Of a stretch of DNA of 64,000 nt, positions 55,872 to 64,000 are shown piece by piece. The notes under the pieces were generated by a model that saw only the letters and a program-made list of their open reading frames with translations, was not told the origin of the DNA and ran no database searches. The DNA comes from Asterionella formosa (lineage: Eukaryota), in the NCBI GenBank assembly GCA_002256025.1, contig NKIB01012514.1:1-64000 (forward strand), read 5' to 3'. The translations under genes were made by a program, and so were the position numbers. The stretch's first letter is position 1, and each line of letters opens with the position of its first letter.

Positions 55872-58800
55872 GGTTGCGGCCCCGGCTTAACCCTAGTTTG
55901 GAGAAAATATCGCTAGGGTTGTAAATTCGGCGTGGAACAGGGAGTTTGCTGCTATGAGTTCCCATGATTCGACTGTCCATTTGAATATTTGAATTACCGG
56001 TAAATTGGAGTCAACGCCAGATAGAGTTCCATTTTGAGAAAACGAAAATGATATTTTAAACGTTATAATATACTGGTATGGATCAAGAATCAGACAGCTG
56101 AAGTCTATCGAGATGCTTTGACTCAGGTATTCAGTGTTTATAATACCGGAGGATTTAAAATTACAACAATCCACTGTGACAACGATTTTCGACCTTTGAT
56201 GGAACAAATTTCCAATGAATTTCAAGTCACTATGAACTACGCAAACCCACAAAAACATGTTCCAGAAGCGGAGCAAAATAATCGAGTGATTAAAGAATGC
56301 GTACGCACAGGTTATCATCAATTACCTTTCAAACCTTTGTCACAACTGATGATTAAGATTCTAGTGACAGAATCTGCAAAGAAACTGAATTTCTTTCCGG
56401 CAAAGAACGGGATATCCCCATACTACAGTCCTTGTATGATTTTACATAAACAAAACCTGGACTATGCTCAACATTGCCAGTATACATTTGGCACTTATGT
56501 CCAAGCACATGAAGAACCTGTGTTTTCAAACACTAATGCACCATGCAGTCTAGATTGCATTTATTTACGCTACAATGACAACATGCAAGGAGGTCATGAA
56601 TTATTACACCTACCTACAAATTCATTGATTACTAGACAATCAGTTACTCCTCTACCACTTACCCCAGCAATCATGAATCGAATACACACCCTTGCTGTAC
56701 AGGAAAATATGCCAGATGGTCTCAAGATATCAAATCGAACGGGACAACTTTTTTATGATAGTGCTTGGATTGCAGGAGTGGATTATGATAATGAAGCATT
56801 TGAAGATGCACAAGATGAAGATTATGAAGATCAACACGCTAGTGATGACGAAAGCAACGATGAACTTCTCGGAGAAGAAGAATATGATGAAATGACTCCA
56901 GATGAAATATATGAAGCAGAACAGCTCGAATTAATTAACAATATCCAAGAGGATGACCCTGAACCTGAGGGCAACAATGAAAATAATGTTGAAACAAATG
57001 CAGATGAAATCCAAGATGAGGATGAAGAACCGGCAAATGAAACTGAAAATGAAGAGGCAATGTTAGAAGTCAATCCAAGTACTCAGGATGACACAGACCC
57101 AAATGTTTGAACTACAAGGTCTGGAAGAGTCTCAAGACCGCCATCAAAACTAACTATGGTCCAACATCATTTGCATACCCAAGCACACTGTCAAGAAGAA
57201 TACATGACTGATAATGCGAAAGTGATCGCAAAGACAATGTGTTATATGAATGAGATGTGTATTGATAAAGAAGCATTTCACTTTGTTCAGTCATACAGCT
57301 TAAGGAAAGGCCTCAAGAAATTTGGCCAGAAAGGAAGAGACGCTTCGTATAAAGAAATGAAACAACTGCATGATAGAGTTGTATTTGAACCAATTAGGAT
57401 TGAAGACCTAACCGACATCAAAAAGCGACGTGCAAAGGAAATTCTAATTGTTTTGGTTGAAAAGAGAGACAAGAGCATTAAAGGCAGAGCATGTGCCAAT
57501 GGCAGTTTGCAACGTGAATACATGGACAGAGATGAAGCAGCTAGTCCAACTACCATGACTGAATCTGTTATGATAACAGCAACAATTGATGCGAAGCAAA
57601 ATCGCGATGTTATGACTGCAGATATACCCAATGCATTTGTGCAGGTGGATGAAGATGAGAAAGAAAAAGGGGAACGAATCATTATGAAGATTAGAGGTTT
57701 ACTTGTCAATATGTTGACAGAACTCAGCCCCGAGACTTATGAAAAGTATGTTGAGTATGAAGGGAACAACAAGGTCCTACATGTTAGGATGATCAAGGCA
57801 CTATATGGCATTTTACAGTCATCATTATTATATTACAAGAAATTTCGGAAGGATATTGAGTCAATTGGATTCAAGGTCAACCCATATGATCCATGCGTTG
57901 CAAATCGCATTTTTAATGGCAAACAGCACACAGTTACTTGGCACGTAGACGATTTGAAATCTAGTCACGTGGACAGCAAAGTGAATGATCAATTTTTGGA
58001 ATGGCTCAAAAAGAAATACGCTTCTGACGAAAATGGTGAAGTCAAGGTTATGCGTGGAAAGAAGCCAGATTATTTGGCGATGACACTAGATTACTCTCTT
58101 TCAGGAGTGTTGAGGGTGGACATGTCCAAATATGTGAAATCAATGATTGATGATTTTCCAGACAAACTTGAAGGAGTAGGAAAATTCCCATGGTCAGATA
58201 AATTGTTCACAGTTGATAGCTACATCAAAGAAGCTTGAATTTGAAAAAGCGAAAATATTTCATACTTTTGTTATGAAAGGAATGTTCCTATGTAAGCGAG
58301 GAAGACAGGACATTCAACCAGGAATTGCATTTCTGGCAACCCAAACTACTGAACCGAATGTAGGCGATTGGGAAAAATAGTCAAGATCATGAATTTCTTG
58401 AAAGCAACTCAGAATGAGGTTGCATCTAGCTATGAGTGCTGATGACACTCAGAGTATTAAATGGTACGTTGATGTGGTGTTTGCAGTACACAAAGATTTA
58501 AAAGTCACACAGGAGCTACACTGTCACTTGGAAACGGAATTATTTGTTCTATGTCTACAAAACAGAAAGTGAACACTAGAATTTGGACTGAAGCAGAATT
58601 GGTTGGTGTCGATGACATTATATCAAAGGTGTTGTGGACGAAATTATTTATTGAAGCACAAGGACACAAGGTGACTACGAATGTCATTTACCGTGACAAC
58701 ACTAGCGCAATGAAGCTAGAAGCAAATGGAAAAGCAAGTTCAGGAAAACGCACGCAATATTTCAACATCAAGAATTTTTAAATTACTGATCTTATTGAAA

Positions 58801-60357
58801 GAGAGGGATTACAAATTAAGTACTGTCCAACGGATGCAACGTTAGCAGACTACATGACAAAACCACTGGTTGGAACGAAATTTATTCATTTTCGTCATCA
58901 AATTATGAATTCAAAGTGAGCATCCGTGTCCAGCAGGAGTGTGTTGGAGAAATTTTTTTGGGAAAGAAAATCCCGGTATAAATTACCTACTACATATTGA
59001 ATCGAATGAATCGAATGAATCGAAAAGAATATGGTACCAGAGAAAACTCAGAATTCGAAAACAATCTACATCAACAGTAAAACCCATAATTCTACTAAAA
59101 CTCTTAGGAACGATTTCAATCGATTGCTGCAACATCGTTGATCATATCTACAGCCTATTTGGTACCTGACGTGTCCTTACAGGATACAAGAAGGAATAGA
59201 GTGCTTTGGGACGCAATTTCAACAGAAGCCTGCGTTATCTAGTAGTATCTGTGGCGGGACAACAGACAAAAGGCGCAAATAAATACATGTCAGATGTATA
59301 TGAAATGTTGGGGATGACTATGATAACCCAACTTTTGGAGTCAACGGCAAAAAAGCGAACAAGTGGTGCCGAATACAAGAAAAAACCCACAAGGAAACGC
59401 AAATGAAGCGAAACTATCCATAGCGCATGATTTGAAATAGTTCAACAAGAAAAGACCGACAAGAAAAGAGGAAGAACTTACGAATCAGGTATAGCAGTCA
59501 CCATGGCTGCTGAAGGAAGTGTTCAACATTCCGCTGCTAAGAAATGCAGTCACTGCAGCCTTGCCAATCATTTGAGAAAGACAAGTTCATGATGTCTGTA
59601 CAACAACAGCAAAATTCAAGCACCTCCTCGTGTTGAACTACTGGTAATACTGATAATACTGATTTTACTCCTGATGCATCTAATGCATGTGGTTCAAGGG
59701 TGGCTGGCTTGATTTTACAAGACCGGGAACAGTCAATCCGAAGCAGGTGAGTAAATTCAATTCAACCAATCAGAATATGTGAAAGTGATGCGGGAACCTT
59801 GCCATGGAGTCTTTTCGGATAGAGAACTATTCAGGCAAATATACCTACACAAGACTCCTATGTCTACGAGAACATTTTCGCATGTACAAATTCCGATTCC
59901 AATATTTTGGCGACTTTTGAAAAAGCCGATTGGGTCGACTTTTTTGGAGGAGGATTGCTCAACATCTACAGGGTTTGATGAAGAATAAAAAAGATAGCCG
60001 TGTACCCTGTAACGTCAGGAGTTAACTTCTGGAGAGAAACTGCAGTTATGTATCATAGGTTTTTAGAAAAGCTTCGTAGCTCCTTTTTTTGGACTATTTT
60101 TGCGATTGTTACGATTCTACAATACATAACTGCAGTTTCTTTCCAGAAATGAGGTCTTTGCCATATCCGAAGATAGAACATACCCGTAAGTTGACCCATG
60201 ACTGTATCTAAGCATGTGCAAAGCGGTCGTATTGGTGAAAGCTAATTTTACCTTGAACTATTTTATGTACTTGTATGTAATGTGTGGATGAAGGTACATC
60301 AAAGAATTATTTTGGGAATAAACGGACGTTAGAGTGTGTAACTGCGGGGCCGCAACC
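55872..60357 (+). mobile_element. Kolobok-like TTAA-targeting DNA transposon relic interrupted by a Copia element
   Basis: TTAA|GGTTGCGGCCCCG (55872) ... CGGGGCCGCAACC|TGAA (60357), a perfect 13-bp TIR. Decayed coding remnant at ~59200-59610 ends in CSHCSLANHLRKTSS*C. The 3' part resembles the 1-kb TTAA elements. Confidence 0.65.
56118..59134 (+). mobile_element. 5'-truncated, decayed Ty1/Copia (CoDi-like) retrotransposon: integrase-RT-RNase H plus 3' LTR
   Basis: Integrase (IHCDNDF...HVPEAE.NNR), RT (ADIPNAFVQ, KALYG, NPYDPCV, WHVDDLK) and RNase H (KSHTG, TEAELVG, YRDNTSA, ADYMTKPL) in Copia order, broken by stops and frameshifts. PPT CAGGAGTG is followed by a TGTTG...CAACA LTR candidate at 58942-59134. 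Confidence 0.92.
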
Positions 60358-60361
60358 TGAA

Positions 60362-61414
60362 GGTTCCTGCATTGCAACCCTAAGGCAAAAATTAAAATAT
60401 TTCTTAGGGCTGCCGAAATTCCTTGAAACTAAGAATTTATAGGAGCTATTATTGAATGACATGATTCCGTTTGAAATATTCAAATCAGTTGAAATTTGCG
60501 CGCACGAACATAGATTCCTTTTGGAAATAGCTAAATATATATAGATATTGTCCATCACTATATGTAAATATACCAACGATTATTTTTCTTATAAACGACC
60601 CAACGACTCCAGGAAATATTTGAAAGTGCAATCAACCAGTGGTACCAGCTACGACACGTATGATGTCCAATAATGATCATATACTGGTACCCCCACTGGA
60701 TATAGTACCAGCCTACCGGTACACCCAAAGAAATGTTACATGTGTATCCAATGTGGCTGGTGTGGGTTTGCAATTCCTCTGACAATCAAAGGGAGTCGAG
60801 TATTTCGCTATAGCCAATCAGTGCATATATAATACTGCGCGCACTTACGATGGAATTTTTGGTACTGGAAGTTTTGCGACTAAATATTGCATCACAAGAC
60901 TACCATTCCAATGATGACGTTTCGGCGCTAAGTGGTTCTGATTCCGATATTTCGGAGACCGTAGAAAAGGCCGATTTTGTCGAATTTTTGGACAACGATA
61001 GCTCAACGTTAGCTGGGTCTGAAGCTGATTTAGATGCATAGGTAACCTTCAAATGGCATCAGTATATAACTTCTGGCGAGAAACTGCAGAAAGGAACTTC
61101 GGTTTTTTAAATATGCCGAATAAAGTGATTTCCCCCGAAATTTCAAGTCTTTATAGCATAGTTAAAAATACTGAAGTTCCTTTCTGCAGTTTCTCGCCAG
61201 ATCCTATATCCTGACGATATATAGCGTTGACCTGTGCCCCTACTTTTGTCAATGACTGTATCTAAGCATCATATGGAAAGGGTGTATATTGGTGAAAACT
61301 CCGTTTAGCGATACACATTTATGTTTTACTTGTAAGAAGTGTGTGCTTGAATACTCTGACTCAATTTTATTCTTTTAAAACTTACCTCTAAACTAGGGTT
61401 GAAATGCAGGTACC
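60362..61414 (+). mobile_element. Non-autonomous TTAA-targeting (Kolobok-like) element, ~1.05 kb
   Basis: TGAA|GGTTCCTGCATTGCAACCC ... GGGTTGAAATGCAGGTACC|TTAA. Copy of 41795-42863. Confidence 0.8.
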
Positions 61415-61469
61415 TTAAGTAATTGAACTTTACTACTAATCAAAATATTTAAAATGAAACGGGCAGCCA

Positions 61470-62054
61470 CTTACTTGGAATTTTTTGTACAGGATATTGT
61501 AGGACGAAAAATTGAATCAAAAGACTACTATTCCGATTTTGAAGTATTGGCGATTAATGATTCTGATTCCGACATGTTGGTGACCGTTGAAAAGGCTGAT
61601 ATTGTCGAAGTTTTGGACGAAGATAGCTCAACGTTGGTAGGCTTTGAAGAAATATTTAAGTAGATATGTCATCTTCATATAGCCCCAGAAGTTTACTTCT
61701 GCTTGGAGAGATACCACCGCAGAAAGGAACCTCGGTGTTTTTACTAGGCCAAGAAATAAACGAGTTGGCCCGGTAAAATTCACTATTTTCAGGCAGAATA
61801 GTTTAAAAACTGAAGTTCCTTTCTACAGTTTCTGGCGAGATCCTATATACTGCTGACGTTATTTAGTGTTGAGCTATACCCTTACTTTGATCAATGACTG
61901 TACCTAAGCATAATATGAACTAGGCGTATATTGGTGAAAGAAGCTCCATTTAGCGATATACATTTGTGTTTTTCTCGTAAGAAGTGTGCTTTTGAATACT
62001 CTGACTTAATAGTCCTACCTCGAGCTATGTCTTAGGAGTTCAAATGCAGGAATT
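61470..62054 (+). mobile_element. Partial (3' half) copy of the same TTAA element family
   Basis: Similar to 60850-61414. Ends GTTCAAATGCAGGAATT|TTAA. Confidence 0.7.
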
Positions 62055-63097
62055 TTAAATGATAAAATAATTTGAACCAAGAAGTACGAACTATATTGTA
62101 GATGATAGGTAGGGGATAGCAATCATGTAGTCAGTTCTAAAGTACTACAGCATAGAGTTTTGAGATCTAAGCCATTTAATTTTACCCATTTTGACTCATA
62201 ACATTGACTTTCAGCACAAAAATTTTCATCTATACATGAAGATTTTTCTCCAAACCATGGTTTTTTAACTCGATGGTTACGGAGGACTTAGTCTACAAAG
62301 GTTTTTACATGAGAAAATGCGAGTGATGAATCTTCGACATAATGAAATCGACGCAATTTGCGATTTTCGACTTCTTCATCGCTTGGCAAAGTCTGGAATG
62401 CTGCCAAGATTTGCCAACCGATAAAGAAGTCGAAAATCGAAACAACAGCGATCGACCCCTCATTTCCCTTTTGTCGATCAGCATGATGAAACAATATTAA
62501 TTTAGATATTAAACACATGACTTATTAGGATTCTTTTTTCAATTAATTTCAATTACCTATTTCACCAGCAAACATTTGAAGAGCAAAAGGTTACATGTGA
62601 CCAAATTGCGGACCCATTTGTTCAATAGTTTCATTGCAGCAGCAGCAGCATCAATCAATCAAGCTATGGTGTTGAAATTCTCATTGAACAATGTCATCAG
62701 GAGGGCAGATATGATGATTATAAAACAGCTAAAAATTGATTTCAATGATTCATGGCAGTATATCCTTTTTTCTAGATAAATAAAATAAATTTATATACTT
62801 TTTCGAGGACGTATTAGGTCATGTGTTAAAGTACTTGTCATGGATGCTATTATAAACCTTGTGAAAACCTGGTATACCCATAACCACCATAGATGACGCA
62901 TATATGCATGATGATGCTCCACACCTAAATAATTTGTCGTGTCCAGCTATAGAAGTCAAATTATCAAGACAAGATATCAATTGTCACACATGTACAAAGG
63001 CTCAAATCAATATCAAAATGTTACTGGCGGTATATTGATCATTGTATATCAAATGATGTGGAGACTTCTAAACTTTCCCTATCCATGTTCGTAATGG

Positions 63098-63237
63098 TTT
63101 TTTGGTCGATCGACCATTTCAGGCAAGCAAACAATGAGATGAACAACTTGCTCCAAATCTCAAACTATTTTTTGGTCTCTTGACCATTTCAGGCAAGCAA
63201 ACAACGAGATGAACAACTTGCTCCAAATCTCAAACTA
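63098..63237. repeat. Tandem duplication of a 70-bp unit
   Basis: ttttttggtc...gaccatttcaggcaagcaaacaaYgagatgaacaacttgctccaaatctcaaacta present twice, nearly identical. Confidence 0.9.
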
Positions 63238-64000
63238 ATTACATAGTACTAGCTGACTACCCTATATGCTTGGGAAGGAGCCTGAACTCTCAGAATTTAC
63301 ATTTTATAGAAGTTTTGATAGCAAAACGTGTTATTCTGCAATCAATGGGTCAGAGCACAACAAGAAGAATCTCTGAGGGTCATGGCAGTTTTTCTACTGG
63401 TGTCTGGTACCACCGGCTGTAAAGTGTACCAGTAGTTTGATCGTTTGATATACCGTTACTTGTTGACAGATAAAGATTCATATTGGTATGATGCACTTGA
63501 ATCCAAACTGGACCGCCTGCTACTCCTTCCAAGTAGCACGAAGGCGGGGTAAAAAATGGAGGGTACCTTCCACAGTGTGCGAGTTGAGGCATTCTCGTAG
63601 GTACCGGTATTCTCATTATTTCTGATAGTAGTGACCATAAAGTTGGAACATAATGGGATTCTAAAAATGTTATTGCCAATGCAAAAGATGGGTTAAAAAC
63701 AGTAGTGGTCCACTTTTTAGTCTTAAAGTTTCAGAAAGGGCAATTTAGTAAACAGTGAGGATTTGACCGAGAATGGTCAATTATGGGAAGCAAGCTCCCC
63801 TGTTGTCGCTCCTCGAGTATTGGAAATAAATGTTATTTTGTTCTCAAGTCATTGGAAGCAATGTTGTTGCTCTGACATCTATATTTGCTCTCCGTGATTC
63901 ATGACTTGAACGGGCCTAGAAACTGACAAGCGAAAACATTATTGAGCGTGAGGGCATTGTTGCCCTGGTTTATTTTATTGTTTTTGACTTAAAAATCTAC

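Noticed and set aside
63300..64000. Fragmented ORFs at the right edge
   Set aside because: No recognisable protein motif; probably repeat debris.

Overview
Eukaryotic nuclear DNA, most likely from a diatom. This is inferred from ASAFAP-type plastid presequences, a PAS-GAF-PHY-HK-REC phytochrome, a CoDi-like Copia element and compact, intron-poor genes; the species cannot be determined. About 14 protein genes are supported: a Cys-rich membrane protein, a SAM methyltransferase, a phytochrome, a lumenal FKBP, a SET-like protein, an RGG-rich protein, a DUF1244-MogA fusion, RecQ, Omp85, a 3099-aa UBR-box E3 ligase, CSN7, an acidic hypothetical protein, a TTLL12-like protein and an M14 carboxypeptidase. 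They are interspersed with decayed transposons: a plant-type mariner, TTAA-targeting Kolobok-like elements, two LTR elements, MITEs and a tRNA-like head. Most notable: (1) the phytochrome carries a natural His at the conserved GAF Tyr (Cph1 Y176 / phyB Y276 position); (2) a spliced gene fuses the bacterial-type DUF1244 domain to a MogA/Cnx1G molybdopterin adenylyltransferase domain; (3) a TIR-bounded mariner carries a second, convergent gene for a Cys/His-rich HIRAN-like protein; (4) a nest of Kolobok-like elements contains a Copia showing CpG decay. All family assignments come from motif recognition by eye; no searches were run.
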